DNA of 4,971 nucleotides from a virus (Duplodnaviria; Heunggongvirae; Uroviricota; Caudoviricetes): IMG/VR virus record IMGVR_UViG_2698536476_000014; one strand, 5' to 3'. Shown piece by piece: positions 4,853 to 4,971 of this stretch (position 1 is its first letter; each line of letters starts with the position of its first letter). The notes under the pieces were generated by a model. It saw only the letters and a program-made list of their open reading frames with translations, ran no database searches and was not told where the DNA came from. The position numbers and the translations under genes were made by a program.

Positions 4853-4971
4853 ACTCAGGCTGCCAGATCATCGTTTCCGATGGAAGCATAATAAGCTTTT
4901 TCTGCTTCTGCCGGGGGAGTATGGCCCAGCCTTTCCAGCAATCGTCGATTGTTATACCAGTCCACCCACGT
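4813..4971 (-). mobile_element. Terminal end of an IS3-family insertion sequence (IS629/IS1203-like), inverted relative to the copy at 1-55 and continuing beyond the window
   Basis: 4813-4867 is the reverse complement of 1-55. It begins TGAACCGCCCCGGG, an IS3-family-type terminus. Confidence 0.75.
4855..4971 (-). CDS. IS3-family transposase (orfB) C-terminus, partial: ...TWVDWYNNRRLLERLGHTPPAEAEKAYYASIGNDDLAA*
   Basis: The minus-strand translation is open to the window edge and stops at TGA (4855-4857). The C-terminal WxDWYN motif is typical of IS3-family transposases. Confidence 0.7.
   Translation of the reverse strand, partial: TWVDWYNNRRLLERLGHTPPAEAEKAYYASIGNDDLAA

Noticed and set aside
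1-4971. CRISPR arrays, tRNA or rRNA genes
   Set aside because: Apart from the ori iterons and the 15-bp direct-repeat pair, there are no regularly spaced repeats and no tRNA-like cloverleaf candidates or rRNA-like stretches.

Overview
This window is the immunity region of a lambdoid (Stx-phage-like) prophage, cut off at both ends by inverted copies of the same IS3-family terminus (IS629/IS1203-like, recognised from memory). Reading left to right: IS end | N-like antiterminator truncated at codon 60 (minus) | nutL boxB and candidate pL/OL | intrinsic terminator | a leftward, AT-rich operon in the position lambda gives to rexAB, made of a possible 54-aa ORF, a 348-aa Hanks-type protein kinase and a translationally coupled 153-aa protein | a 113-aa ORF bracketed by perfect 15-bp direct repeats | cI repressor (HTH + S24 peptidase, minus) | OR/PR/PRM region | cro | nutR boxB | cII | oop-like antisense RNA | lambda-type O gene with its ori iterons, interrupted by the second IS end. 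The main candidate is the kinase cassette: it looks like a prophage-encoded abortive-infection/exclusion module and resembles what I recall of the 933W stk kinase, while its partner ORFs are uncharacterised as far as I can tell. Both N and O/ori are disrupted, so the prophage is probably defective while the cI-linked cassette stays intact. All similarity statements are from memory and motif reading; no searches or folding were run, and GC figures are by-eye estimates.
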